Shown piece by piece: positions 41,049 through 51,887 of a DNA stretch of 64,000 bases. The DNA is taken from assembly GCF_021372645.1 (NCBI RefSeq), contig NZ_JAJFUC010000089.1, positions 2,714 through 66,713 of the forward strand, given 5' to 3'. A program made the translations under genes and the position numbers. Source of the stretch: Clostridium sp. (GTDB lineage: Bacteria > Bacillota > Clostridia > Clostridiales > Clostridiaceae). Under the pieces are notes generated by a model that was not told where the DNA came from, made no database searches, and worked only from the letters and a program-made list of their open reading frames with translations. Positions within the stretch are counted from its first letter, which is position 1; every line of letters begins with the position of its first letter.

Positions 41049-43784
41049 TTAATTTAAATTAATTAAGTTATATACATAAGAATCATTATCTAAAATTGAC
41101 TTTTCTATTTCTTGGCAAGTAAAGAAAATTATTTGAGCAAAATCTTCCTTAATTAAAAGTTTTAATGCCTTTTTTCTTCGTTCATCATCATATTGAACAA
41201 AAGCATCATCTAAAAATAGTGGAACTTCTTTATTTTTAAATAACATGTTTATAAAAGAAAGTCTTAAAGCTAAATACAGCTGATCTTTAGCACCATTGCT
41301 TAATATATCTCCATCAAACAATATCCCATTATTTCTTATCTTAAGCTTATAATCTTCTGATATTTTAGCTTCTTCATAGCCTCCATCTGTTAATAAATTA
41401 AAGTTCCTTACAACTTTATCATTTAAATCTGGACCTACATTTTTCCTGATTTCATCAAATGATTCTTGAAATATATCACTTGCTAATTCTAGGGCTTTAA
41501 ATTCTTTTTCTAACCTTATAATTTTTTCCTTATTAATTAATATGTCTTCTTCTATTTCTGGAATTTCTCTCTTTCCCAAATATCTTTTTTCTATAAGATG
41601 CTCTAAGTCCTTTATTTCTTTTTCTGCTTTTAACAATTCATTTGATTGTCTTCTAATTTCAACATCTATTTCTTCTTCTGATTCATAAGAATAATTTATG
41701 TCTTGGCTTATTATCTGTCTCATTTCTTCCTCTATTTCATCTATATTCCTATCTTTTAGTAAAACCTTATAAGTTTCTTCTACATTTTGAAGTGCATTTT
41801 GAATTTCTTTCATCTTATTCATTTTATCTTTATATTCTTTTAACGTAATATGTAAATCTACGATTTCTACATTTTGTAATCCAAGTATAGAAACTTTTTT
41901 TCTTATCTCATCTTCTTTATCAACTAATTGTTCATTAATATTTTCCATTTCTTGCTTAATTCCATTAATTTCATATTCACGTCTATTTATATCTGCCTTT
42001 AATTCCTCATAAAATTCCACTTGTTCTAATACTTGATCCAATGACTCACATGACAATACACTATATAACGAAGCTATTACCCCTTTGTTTCTATTATAAT
42101 TCGATTTTAGATCAGTAATACCATATTTATTAATCTCATTCTCTTTGTTTTTAATAACTAAAGTTATACTATCTTTATATCTTTTATACTTATCATATTG
42201 AGTAAGTTTATTAATAAACTCTTCATAAGTTGCAGAATTAGTTTCATTAATATACAAATTCAATTTGTCTTCATATTCTATAATTCTTTCTTTTAGATTC
42301 TCAACTGATTGATTATTCTTTTTAATAAAATCAATATTCTTTATTGCTATAGAATATTTTAAGTATAATCTGATCAATACAATAAATAGAGGTATACATG
42401 TAAGAACAGCAGGGATTACTTGATTTATTACTGCATAAATAAACATACAAATACTAATAATTCCAATTAGATAAACAAACTTTATTTTTTTATGAGAATT
42501 CTTTAAATTTTCTTGTGGTTTACTATAACTTTCATTTTCTATTTTATATTTTAATTCCTTAAGTCCTTGCTTATAAAAATGAAGTAATTCTTCTATTTCA
42601 TCTCTGTGTTTTTCTATAAATTCTAAATTCCCAATACTAGTAGCTTGCTTACTTATATCCATTTTAAATTTAGAAATTGAATTTTGAATATTAACAATAT
42701 CATTAAACTTTTCTTCTAGACTCTTTTGTTCGAGCTTTAAAATATATATTTTTTCTTTTATGTTATTTCCTATTGAAGAAAATACACTATAGTTTTTCAT
42801 GTTTTCATTTTTTCCCTTTAATTCCTCTTGTAACTCATAAAGTTTATTTAGTTTTTCTTGTTTTACATCTAATAAACTTAAATACCTTGAACATTTTTCA
42901 TTAATTTCATCTAAGATCTCAAATGTTATATACTCATCACCCTTTTTAAGTTCTTCACTTATAGCTTCTTGTTTTCTTTTTAGCTCTTCTCCTTTTATGA
43001 AATAGTTACTTATCTCTTTATAATCTTTTTGAAGCTTTATCTTCTTAATATATTTTTTATATAAGTCTAATTTCTGAATTTGTTCTTTTATATTAACTTT
43101 ATATTGTTTCTTTTTTAATAAAATTTCCTCATTATCAACATTTTCTTCTCCTAATTTATAAGCTTCCCATAATTCTGTTTTAAGAGAATTATCATTTTCC
43201 TTCAATAAATCTAATTCTCCACCTTTTCTACTTGCCACCAATTGTTTTTTTCTCTTTTCTAATTTTTCAATAATTTTCCTTACAGAAGTATTTTCGTCTC
43301 CAGTATTATATATGTTAGTTATTTTCTCCATTATTTCTTCTTCTTTATCTTTTGAAATTATAATGCCTAACTGACTTATGAATAAAGTTTTTACAAAAGT
43401 AGCTAAATTTATATTAAAGAAATCTTTTCCCGGCTCATTGTTATGCTCAAGTTCTATGGTTTCACCAGTTATTTCATCTAAAATTTCACAAGTATCTTCT
43501 TTTTTAGTTATTCCAAAACTTCGTTTTATAATATAACCTTTCCCTTTATAATCTACTATTAATTCACCTGAAATTTTTTCTCCAGTTAAAGGTAAATATT
43601 TTTTTCTATCATTAAACTTTCCTCTAGAGCTATCAATTCCATATAACAATATTTTAATAAAATTTTCTATTGAGCTTTTTCCTTGTTCATTCTTTCCATA
43701 AATTAAATTAAACCCTTTTGTGAAATCTAAACTTTTCGCCTTAAGCCCTGCAAAAAATTCAATATTAACTTTTTTAATTATCAA
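41049..43784 (-). CDS. YhaN/SbcC-like SMC-type AAA ATPase with central TM hairpin
   Basis: Walker A GKNEQGKSS, long coiled coils, signature LSNG, Walker B/D-loop LDDAFVQYD. Start placed at TTG 43784 with SD AGAGGTG. Confidence 0.87.
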   Translation of the reverse strand: MIIKKVNIEFFAGLKAKSLDFTKGFNLIYGKNEQGKSSIENFIKILLYGIDSSRGKFNDRKKYLPLTGEKISGELIVDYKGKGYIIKRSFGITKKEDTCEILDEITGETIELEHNNEPGKDFFNINLATFVKTLFISQLGIIISKDKEEEIMEKITNIYNTGDENTSVRKIIEKLEKRKKQLVASRKGGELDLLKENDNSLKTELWEAYKLGEENVDNEEILLKKKQYKVNIKEQIQKLDLYKKYIKKIKLQKDYKEISNYFIKGEELKRKQEAISEELKKGDEYITFEILDEINEKCSRYLSLLDVKQEKLNKLYELQEELKGKNENMKNYSVFSSIGNNIKEKIYILKLEQKSLEEKFNDIVNIQNSISKFKMDISKQATSIGNLEFIEKHRDEIEELLHFYKQGLKELKYKIENESYSKPQENLKNSHKKIKFVYLIGIISICMFIYAVINQVIPAVLTCIPLFIVLIRLYLKYSIAIKNIDFIKKNNQSVENLKERIIEYEDKLNLYINETNSATYEEFINKLTQYDKYKRYKDSITLVIKNKENEINKYGITDLKSNYNRNKGVIASLYSVLSCESLDQVLEQVEFYEELKADINRREYEINGIKQEMENINEQLVDKEDEIRKKVSILGLQNVEIVDLHITLKEYKDKMNKMKEIQNALQNVEETYKVLLKDRNIDEIEEEMRQIISQDINYSYESEEEIDVEIRRQSNELLKAEKEIKDLEHLIEKRYLGKREIPEIEEDILINKEKIIRLEKEFKALELASDIFQESFDEIRKNVGPDLNDKVVRNFNLLTDGGYEEAKISEDYKLKIRNNGILFDGDILSNGAKDQLYLALRLSFINMLFKNKEVPLFLDDAFVQYDDERRKKALKLLIKEDFAQIIFFTCQEIEKSILDNDSYVYNLINLN

Positions 43785-43891
43785 GAATATCACCTCTTTT
43801 ATGGAATAAGATTACCCTGTGTTTGTATTCATCTTTACTCTTATTTCTATCTAATTTAAATTTATAAATTATAAATCTATTCTTAATTAAT

Positions 43892-45025
43892 TTATCCTTC
43901 ATAAATCTTTACCTCTTCCCCTGAAATACTTTGAAGTCCTATCTTTAGTGCTAAAGTTATATTTTCTCTTTCTTCTTCTGTTTCTGCATTTTGTAATCTT
44001 TCGTATATTTTTTTAGCAAATATACTCTTTAATGAATATCCCTTAATTAATTGATCTATATCTAATTTAATTTCACTTTTATCTATAACTTTTATAAAAT
44101 GAAATTCATCCTTAAGTGATTCTTGCAAAAATTCTTCATTTAATGTAAATTCTTCACATACCTCTCCTATTAAAATTATCTTATAAAAGTTATTTTTTCT
44201 TTCATGGTCTGGAACTTCATTAATAATCTTATTTTTAACTTCACTATATCCAAAGCACCCTTGAATATTTATTTCTTTTTCATAATAATTTCTAATTGAT
44301 GTTCTAATAAACTTACTTTCTATAAATTTTTCTTTAAACTCTATTAAAATTATTCCCTTATCTTCAAGCTCATCAAATCCTCTGCCTTGAGGGCAACCAC
44401 TATAACTATAATAAGTATTCCCTATTTTTTTAACTTCTGAAAACTTATGTCTATGTCCTAGCGCTACATAATCCATATTACTTCTAGCTATCTCTTCTTC
44501 AGTAATGGGATTATAGTCATTTCCATCTTTAGTAGTCGTGATTTCACCATGAAGAACCATTATATTATTATATTTATCTACTCTTTCAACTTCTTTTAAT
44601 AATGATTTATTAACATGAGAAGTATTAAAACCAGCACCCCAAACCACAGTATTCAAATCTTCCAAAATGACACTTTCCATGTTACCTTTAAAAATATGAA
44701 CGTTATCAGGCCAATCTACAATGCTATAAAAAGATTTTTCGTTAAATGGATCATGATTTCCTGGACTTATAAAAACCTTAACTTTGCTTATATTTTCAAA
44801 ACAGTTTTTAATAAAATAAAGCGTAGTTTTATTTACAGATAAATTATCAAATATATCACCTGCAATTAAAAGAATATCTATTTCTTTTTCCAAAGTCATT
44901 TTTATTATATTTTCAAACACCTGTTTCAATTCTTCTTTATTTTTCAAAGCTTGTTTGGGAGTCATCCCACTAAATGGAGTATCAAAATGTATATCTGCAC
45001 TATGTAAAACTTTAATTTTTTTCAT
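43892..45025 (-). CDS. YhaO/SbcD (Mre11-like) metallophosphoesterase nuclease
   Basis: HSADIHFD, AGDIFD, GNHD, LHG, YVALGHRH, GCPQGRGFDE. Start placed at ATG 45025. Confidence 0.9.
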   Translation of the reverse strand: MKKIKVLHSADIHFDTPFSGMTPKQALKNKEELKQVFENIIKMTLEKEIDILLIAGDIFDNLSVNKTTLYFIKNCFENISKVKVFISPGNHDPFNEKSFYSIVDWPDNVHIFKGNMESVILEDLNTVVWGAGFNTSHVNKSLLKEVERVDKYNNIMVLHGEITTTKDGNDYNPITEEEIARSNMDYVALGHRHKFSEVKKIGNTYYSYSGCPQGRGFDELEDKGIILIEFKEKFIESKFIRTSIRNYYEKEINIQGCFGYSEVKNKIINEVPDHERKNNFYKIILIGEVCEEFTLNEEFLQESLKDEFHFIKVIDKSEIKLDIDQLIKGYSLKSIFAKKIYERLQNAETEEERENITLALKIGLQSISGEEVKIYEG

Positions 45026-45168
45026 ATAATCACCTATAATCAATTTTTATTGCGAACCTTTGTTCTATTTTATCACGAAATTTAAAAAGAGTCCAAAATC
45101 ATTATTAATTTTTTTAATATTAATATGCTACATGCTGACATTATTATTTTTTTTAATAACAAAAAGAA

Positions 45169-45198
45169 GAGATACATTACATCTTTGTAATGTATCTC
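45169..45198 (-). terminator. Terminator after the SASP gene
   Basis: Perfect 13-bp inverted repeat GAGATACATTACA / TGTAATGTATCTC with a 4-nt loop. Confidence 0.8.
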
Positions 45199-45273
45199 CT
45201 TGTTTTAGAATATGATTATGTTATTTTTAACATACGCATTTTTTAAATATAATTTAGAAACTATGATTCTTAA

Positions 45274-45459
45274 TTATATCCTATGCTCATATTCCTCCAC
45301 CATTCTTTTTACCATTTCTCCGCCTACTGAACCACATTGTCTTGAACTTAAGTCTCCATTATATTCTTTAAATGGTACTCCAAGTTCTTGTGCTACTTCG
45401 TTCTTGAATCTTGCCAAACCTTGCTTTGCTTCTGGAACTAATGTATTACTCCTTGACAT
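45274..45459 (-). CDS. Alpha/beta-type small acid-soluble spore protein
   Basis: FKNEVAQELG and SRQCGSVGGEMVKRMV motifs. Start placed at ATG 45459 with GAGGAGG; 61 aa. Confidence 0.95.
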   Translation of the reverse strand: MSRSNTLVPEAKQGLARFKNEVAQELGVPFKEYNGDLSSRQCGSVGGEMVKRMVEEYEHRI

Positions 45460-45714
45460 ATACAATCCCTCCTCGGTTAATTTGGTATTTATCAGTAGAA
45501 AAAATTTTATCAACTTCTCCTGCCGACAATAGTATTTTAACCCTTAAAATATTTTTTATCCTTATTAATATAAGGAACATATTCAAAATCTATCCTTATA
45601 TTGAATTAAAAAGAAGTGTTTCAAAATTAGTTGGCTTGAATTGAATTCTTTATGTCAAATTCATACATTATGATTTTGATATAATCCCTTTTATATTGTT
45701 TTAGTTTATATTTA

Positions 45715-46725
45715 TTAAACAACTATACTTTTTAAAGTAGCTTCTATATCTCTTTCTATATCTACAAAAGCATTGTTTTTTTCTCTTATAAAATGATTTA
45801 ATAAATCAATTGTTATTAAATTCATTTCATTAATATCTTTATCTGTAATTAAGTTATTATCTTTAATCTTCTTTAAATATTTATTCATATCTTTAAAAAA
45901 ATTAAATATATAATCCTTAATTAAATCTTTTGATTCTATTTCTTGGCTTATACTTAATAATCTTTTTTTAAGATCTATTACTTTAATTGGAAATAATAAA
46001 CACATATTTTTTTCAAATAACTGTTTAAAATCACATTTCCAACTCTTAATCACATTAACTTTACAATCTATATTTTGCCCCTCAGAATTTGATTTAAATT
46101 CATATACATCAGGGACTTGAATATTTGAATTTATCATTATTAAATATCTTGTATAGTTCTCATTTATGCTTTCACTTACATTATCTTTTTCATATTCTCT
46201 TCTTTTCTTTGTAAGACTTATTATATTATCATAATTATTATTGAAATCTATCTTGCTCATCATTATTGCTATATTTTCATCATCTTTAGTTTGAAACTGT
46301 ATTTGATATTCAAACTTTCTATATTCATCTTCTGCCAAAATTCTAACATTATAGTTAGCACTTCTTGAAATTAGCACTTGATTACTGTTTATAATATCTT
46401 TATTTTTAATATATTCAATTCTAGTATTTTCACTTAAGTCATCATTATATATTGAATTAAAAAGCTCTATTAATAAAATCTTATTATCTAATGAAAAAAT
46501 TCTTTTCAGAATTCCATTTAATCTTTTTTCACATTTAGTATAATTGCTTTTTCCACAATTTAAATCCATAAAATTTTCTTCATTCTGAAAAAATTCAAAT
46601 TTCTCTTTAAATTTAAGATATAAGCTATTAGAGTCTTCTTGTACACTTTTATTTTTATTGAATTCTAATGATTTATCTTTGTTTCTTCCTTTTCTTACTT
46701 CACTTAGTAAAACCAATTTATTCAT
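45715..46725 (-). CDS. Rpn/PD-(D/E)XK-like protein with degenerate catalytic motif (tentative)
   Basis: LLIELFNSIY, YQIQFQTKDD..IAIMM, VPDVYE and KVNVIK.W...LFPIKVIDLKK resemble clostridial Rpn-like proteins as recalled. Start placed at ATG 46725 with GAGGTG. Confidence 0.5.
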   Translation of the reverse strand: MNKLVLLSEVRKGRNKDKSLEFNKNKSVQEDSNSLYLKFKEKFEFFQNEENFMDLNCGKSNYTKCEKRLNGILKRIFSLDNKILLIELFNSIYNDDLSENTRIEYIKNKDIINSNQVLISRSANYNVRILAEDEYRKFEYQIQFQTKDDENIAIMMSKIDFNNNYDNIISLTKKRREYEKDNVSESINENYTRYLIMINSNIQVPDVYEFKSNSEGQNIDCKVNVIKSWKCDFKQLFEKNMCLLFPIKVIDLKKRLLSISQEIESKDLIKDYIFNFFKDMNKYLKKIKDNNLITDKDINEMNLITIDLLNHFIREKNNAFVDIERDIEATLKSIVV

Positions 46726-47000
46726 ACTGTATTCCACCTCATAATGGATTATTACCATAATATGCTTATACTATACTAATATTGAATTAATTTCAATGGA
46801 ATATAATTGAATTACGACATGAAATTACATATAATGGAATTGTGATTTTTTGTTTTTTGAACATCTTATATTAAATTAATAAAATATAACCTTTGTTTAA
46901 AATAATCTCAACATTTTTTCGTGTTAATTTTTGCATATTATAAAAATTTATTTTTAAAGGTATTACTTATAGGTTTAAAAACATATCATTGTTTACAGAC

Positions 47001-47879
47001 TTAGTATTTATATTTTAAATTTAAATTTAAACTCCTGTAAATCGCTTTAGCAACTCCAGCATTATCATTTGTGTCTGTTATATATTTTGCTGCTTCTCTT
47101 ATATGTGGGACTGCGTTTCCCATAGCAAAAGATTCTGTAAATTGAGTAAACATAGAATAATCATTAAAGCTATCACCAATAACCATAACTTCGTCTCTTT
47201 TTATCCCCATTTTTTCCGCAACCTTGGTTAATATTAGTCCCTTTTGTGCTTGCTTATTATTTATCTCTATATTTTTAGTAAAAGTTGAAGAAATAGCAAT
47301 ACCACCTATAGATTCTAATTTTCTTTTTACATTTAATGTAGTTTCTTCATCATTATAAAAGGCAACAAATTTTCCTATTTTAGTATCACTATTTAAAAAT
47401 TGATCAATATCTTTAATATATTTTAAATTCACAAAATGTGGATGCATTTCAGCTAATTTTATAGCATCTTCAAAACTCGTTTCTGGATCATAAGCCATAA
47501 TTCTATATGTAACTTCTGTCAACATTTCTTCCTTAGTATTAATAGTATACAGTCCTTTATTTGTATAAATTTCAGCTACAATACTTTCTTTTATTACAAT
47601 ATCTATAATTTCACTCGCTTGCTCTCTTTCTATATAAATTCCTTCTAATACTTTTCCTTCTTCGTCTATATATTCTCCACCATTTAAAACTATACATTGA
47701 CATTTTAAGTCATATTCATCAAGCAGTGGTTTAACATCTTCATACATTCTACCTGTTGCAATTGTAAATTTTATTCCCATTTCCTCAGCTTTTTTTATAG
47801 CTTCTGTATTTTCTTTTGATATTTTATGTTCATTATTAAGTAATGTTCCATCCATATCTGATGCTATAAGTTTTATCAT
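47001..47879 (-). CDS. Cof-type HAD-IIB hydrolase
   Basis: ASDMDGTLL, ATGR, NGGE, KG, GDSFND, MGNA. Confidence 0.95.
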   Translation of the reverse strand: MIKLIASDMDGTLLNNEHKISKENTEAIKKAEEMGIKFTIATGRMYEDVKPLLDEYDLKCQCIVLNGGEYIDEEGKVLEGIYIEREQASEIIDIVIKESIVAEIYTNKGLYTINTKEEMLTEVTYRIMAYDPETSFEDAIKLAEMHPHFVNLKYIKDIDQFLNSDTKIGKFVAFYNDEETTLNVKRKLESIGGIAISSTFTKNIEINNKQAQKGLILTKVAEKMGIKRDEVMVIGDSFNDYSMFTQFTESFAMGNAVPHIREAAKYITDTNDNAGVAKAIYRSLNLNLKYKY

Positions 47880-47966
47880 AATTTTAATTCCTCCATATTC
47901 ACTCTCTATATTTCCTCATTTGTTGTCGAATATTTTGTGGCAACTTCTTTAAAATTTATGCGTATA

Positions 47967-50369
47967 TTAAATCTCCTCAAAAACACAATAAGTGTCTTTG
48001 CCCTTGTTTTTAGCCAAATATACTGCTTTATCTGCATTTATAAAAAGCTCTTTAAATGAATCACCATGCTGTGGATACTTAGCAATTCCTATGCTCCCTG
48101 ATACTTTGTAATCTTCTGTTTCCCCTGCAAAATTTGTTCTAAATCTCATTACTAAATCCTCAGCTTTTTTACATATTAATTCTTCTGAATCTATATTCTT
48201 TAAAAATACAATAAATTCATCTCCACCTATCCTCCCTACAATAGAATTTTCTTTAAATACTTCTGAAAGCATTAAAGAAATACTAGTCAAGGTATAGTCT
48301 CCAGCTAAATGTCCTAAATTATCATTAATAGCCTTAAAATTATCAACATCTATTACAAATAATGCGCCCTTAGCCTTTAGCCCTTCATTCTCCATATATT
48401 CTTCAATCATGCTTTGTGCAATTCCTTTGTTATATAAGCCAGTTAAAATATCTCTTTGAGCTTTAAATAAAAGTTCTTCTGTTTCTTTTTTTTCTTTATC
48501 TATATCAATTATTATACCCATAGCCTTAATTATATTTCCATTTTCATCAAACATAGCAGTCATTCTTATTTTGAACCAAATATATTTATGATTATTTTCT
48601 CTAAGTCTGATTTCAGTTTCTTGATATGTGTCTCCATATATAATATTATTTATAAATTTTTCAAATTTTTCAATATCATCTTTATAAATCATCTTAGTTT
48701 TATATATCTTCTTGCTAATGTCCACTACAGTTAGCTCATAATTAAATCTATTTTTCCAGTTCTCTGAAAAACATAAAGTATCCGCCTTAATATTCCATTC
48801 AAAAATTATATCTTCTGTTTGAGACATAATTATACGATAGCGTTCTTCACTGCGCCTAAGTTCCTCTTCTGTTATTTTAGATTCAGTTATGTTTATCATT
48901 ACACTATAACTAAATGATCTTCCATCTTTATTTTTCACTACTTGCCCATTATCTATCACCCATATGAAACTTCCATCATTTCGCTTAACCCTATATTGTA
49001 GAGTATATTTATTAGATTTGCTTAATTGTTCTGTAATTTCACTAGCGACTCTTTGACGATCTAGCTCATAAACTAAATCAATTAATTTTTTATCAAAAAC
49101 TTTTTTAAATTCATGGTTTTCATATCCTAAAAGATTTAAGCAACCACCACTTACAAAATCTAAAAAGAATTCTCCATTTTCTATTCTACAACGATGAACT
49201 CCACCTGGTATATTGGATGCTAGAGACTGTATATCTCTATTCTTATCTTCTATATGTTTTTTATTTTTTTCTACAGTATCTATTAAATCATTAAAGGCTA
49301 TGGCTATTTCTCCAAATTCATTGTTTTTATCATATATAAATCTATCTTTAGTATCTCCTTGCTTTATTTTTCTTATAACTTCTAACAACTTATACACAGG
49401 TTTTGAAAAATGATTAATTATAAATGCATAAGACGCTATTATAAGTATCAAAATAAATATTACAACTGTAATTATACTAACTATATTTTTATAAATAGAA
49501 GCCTTAAATTCATCCCATTCAACTCCACATAATACTATCCATCCAGTATTCTTAATTCTTGAGTAATATCCTATTTTCTCACTTCCATTTGTCTCATACT
49601 GTATTAATCCATTTGGATTAATATCAAAATCTATTTTTTCCCACTGTTCAGATAAATTATTAGGGGCATTAATATTCTTAATACTCTCTTCCAAATTCTC
49701 ACCACTATTGCTAGCTACAACCTTTTGGTTCGAATCCATTATTGTCACTTTTTCACGTTCAAAAAAATGTATATTACCCATAATATTTTTAAAATATTCC
49801 ATGTTTATTACATTAATCATAGATCCTTGATACCTATCTCTAAAAAATATTGGGTTTGCTATTATTGCACTTTTAATTCCACTATTAAAATCTTCTCTTT
49901 CTATAATATTTGTCACAACTACTTCATTATGTGCAAGTCTTCCTAATTCTTCACTAGAAAGTATAACTTTTGTATCTATATATTCATTATTACTAGATGA
50001 AATTATAATTCCATCCTTATTAATAAGAAATTCTGTATTCAAATAAAATTGTTCATTTACTCTTCTACTAAAAATTTCATTTAATATTTTTCTATTGCTT
50101 TTTTCGTTTTCAATATTTATTTTATTATTTGAATCAATTAATAAGTCTTTAACTACTGGTATACTTGCAGTAATCTTAAGATCATTAACATTTTGATTAA
50201 AGAAGGATTCTAAGTTCGTTGACTGATCATGAGATGATATTATAACATTTTGCTTAATCATTTCTATGATTTTATCATTAAAGTTTGTAATACATATACT
50301 TGTCGAAATAATTACAGGCACTATAGCCAATATAATCGAAAAAATTACAAATTTCTTTCTTATATTCAT
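47967..50369 (-). CDS. Membrane sensor diguanylate cyclase (TM-Cache-TM-HAMP-PAS-PAS-GGDEF)
   Basis: Two TM segments flanking a ~260-aa sensor, NEFGEIAIAFN HAMP, two PAS/PAC, DILTGLYN, DVDNFKAIND..GH..GD, RIGGDEF. Confidence 0.92.
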   Translation of the reverse strand: MNIRKKFVIFSIILAIVPVIISTSICITNFNDKIIEMIKQNVIISSHDQSTNLESFFNQNVNDLKITASIPVVKDLLIDSNNKINIENEKSNRKILNEIFSRRVNEQFYLNTEFLINKDGIIISSSNNEYIDTKVILSSEELGRLAHNEVVVTNIIEREDFNSGIKSAIIANPIFFRDRYQGSMINVINMEYFKNIMGNIHFFEREKVTIMDSNQKVVASNSGENLEESIKNINAPNNLSEQWEKIDFDINPNGLIQYETNGSEKIGYYSRIKNTGWIVLCGVEWDEFKASIYKNIVSIITVVIFILILIIASYAFIINHFSKPVYKLLEVIRKIKQGDTKDRFIYDKNNEFGEIAIAFNDLIDTVEKNKKHIEDKNRDIQSLASNIPGGVHRCRIENGEFFLDFVSGGCLNLLGYENHEFKKVFDKKLIDLVYELDRQRVASEITEQLSKSNKYTLQYRVKRNDGSFIWVIDNGQVVKNKDGRSFSYSVMINITESKITEEELRRSEERYRIIMSQTEDIIFEWNIKADTLCFSENWKNRFNYELTVVDISKKIYKTKMIYKDDIEKFEKFINNIIYGDTYQETEIRLRENNHKYIWFKIRMTAMFDENGNIIKAMGIIIDIDKEKKETEELLFKAQRDILTGLYNKGIAQSMIEEYMENEGLKAKGALFVIDVDNFKAINDNLGHLAGDYTLTSISLMLSEVFKENSIVGRIGGDEFIVFLKNIDSEELICKKAEDLVMRFRTNFAGETEDYKVSGSIGIAKYPQHGDSFKELFINADKAVYLAKNKGKDTYCVFEEI

Positions 50370-50638
50370 TTTTTCCTCCTACAATCATTAATATACAAAT
50401 TATACACTAATTTTATCAAACTTTTAAATTATTTTATATATATTCTTTATAATTAAAGTAAAAAATTTGTAATTAATTTTTCATAAGTAGAAAACCCAAA
50501 ATCAAGAATAAAAAAAATACTATAATTTCCTTGTATACATAAAAAAAATGTTAAATAAGCTATTCCAAAATAACTTATCTAACACTTCTATTTTAATTTA
50601 CTTATATTCAAAAAATAACAAGTCAGTATACCTTAATA

Positions 50639-51613
50639 TTATTCAACTTCTAGAATATTGAGTACATCTTCTGGCTCTTCTTCTGGTGCTTTTGCTACAA
50701 AATAAACCCCACCTATAACCATTATACTACATACAATTGTTTTTAAACTTATTTCACGTCCATTGATTAATATATCAAATACAATTGACCAAACAACATA
50801 TGTTATATTTAATCCCATAGCTCTTGTTGCACCAATTTTATAAATTGCATTGTAATAAAATAAATATGATATTGTTCCTGCAAGTGCAGTTGCTCCAATC
50901 CACCAAGCTACGCTTGTCCTTAGAATTTCAAAACTAAGTCCTATTCCACCAACAACTGGAATTATTAGAACTCCATATACAATTGCTGATGTTAATTGTC
51001 TTATTTGAAGTGCAAATTCTGAAGATACTTCATCACCCTTCATTCCATATGCACATATAACACATTCACTACCCCATCCAAATACACACAATAAGGCACA
51101 TAAAAATCCTACAATACTAACTCCAGCTTCACCTGGTGTATATAAAATTATTGATACACCTATAATTGCAAATATTAATCCAAGCCATGCTTTTTTGTTC
51201 ATCTTTTCTTTTAATATAAAATAAGCTAAAATTGCTCCAACTGCTGGGTATAATGATGAAATTATGGCAGTATAAGATGGTCCAATAAGTTTAACTGCAA
51301 CTAAATATCCAGTCATCCCAACAGGGCCTCCCATAAGTGCTGCTAAAACAACGAATAATGCACTCTTAGTTTTCATGGATTTAAATAAATTTCCCAATTG
51401 TTTTTTAAACGCAAGATATATGAATGTCCATACAGTTGAAAAGGCATCATGTAAAAATGCTGTTATGAACGGTGCTAAAAATACTGCACCCTCTGGTAAA
51501 AATGGACTCATCCCAAGTATTATTGCCATTAAAACTGTGTCTAATCCCCAAGTTATTGCTGAAGTTATTCCACTCATTACACCTACTTTGTAATTACCTT
51601 TATTATTTTCCAT
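50639..51613 (-). CDS. licB: Choline permease LicB (DMT/EamA family)
   Basis: AFLHDAFS, ALMGGPVGM...VKLIG.S....SLYPA, GWGSECV motifs as in pneumococcal LicB (recalled); located in the lic locus. Confidence 0.82.
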   Translation of the reverse strand: MENNKGNYKVGVMSGITSAITWGLDTVLMAIILGMSPFLPEGAVFLAPFITAFLHDAFSTVWTFIYLAFKKQLGNLFKSMKTKSALFVVLAALMGGPVGMTGYLVAVKLIGPSYTAIISSLYPAVGAILAYFILKEKMNKKAWLGLIFAIIGVSIILYTPGEAGVSIVGFLCALLCVFGWGSECVICAYGMKGDEVSSEFALQIRQLTSAIVYGVLIIPVVGGIGLSFEILRTSVAWWIGATALAGTISYLFYYNAIYKIGATRAMGLNITYVVWSIVFDILINGREISLKTIVCSIMVIGGVYFVAKAPEEEPEDVLNILEVE

Positions 51614-51849
51614 TAAAAATCCCCCTTAAATATAATTACTTATTCTTATTGTAGATACACAAAAACACAAATCTATTTATTAATTGAAGTAACTCTCATG
51701 TAATCTAAGTTTTAATACTTTTCCAATTTTTATTGTGAATTATCTTTTCATAATTGCATAACTAAAACTTTTAGTCTTGGTTATCTATATTTTATACATA
51801 AAAATATTCGCTATACGTATATTGGGCATAACTTTGTTCATTTTTTTCC

Positions 51850-51887
51850 AGTTCATTTTGTGAACAATATTATATTATCATTGTTCA
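51850..51887. promoter_or_regulatory. Candidate operator complex and -10 box upstream of licB
   Basis: AGTTCATTTTGTGAACA (51850-51866; reverse TGTTCACAAAATGAACT). TGAACAAT-N11-ATTGTTCA (51861-51887) straddles a minus-strand TATAAT (51869-51874). No good -35. Confidence 0.6.

Noticed and set aside
45500-45575. SigF/SigG promoter for the SASP gene
   Set aside because: GGATA...GGTTAAAATA and AATACTA resemble the consensus but spacing is off by 1-2 nt; not reliable enough to call.
47924-47930. Perfect Spo0A box TGTCGAA upstream of the HAD hydrolase (plus a near match at about 46813)
   Set aside because: A single 7-mer is expected several times by chance in 64 kb on both strands; no second box or other support.
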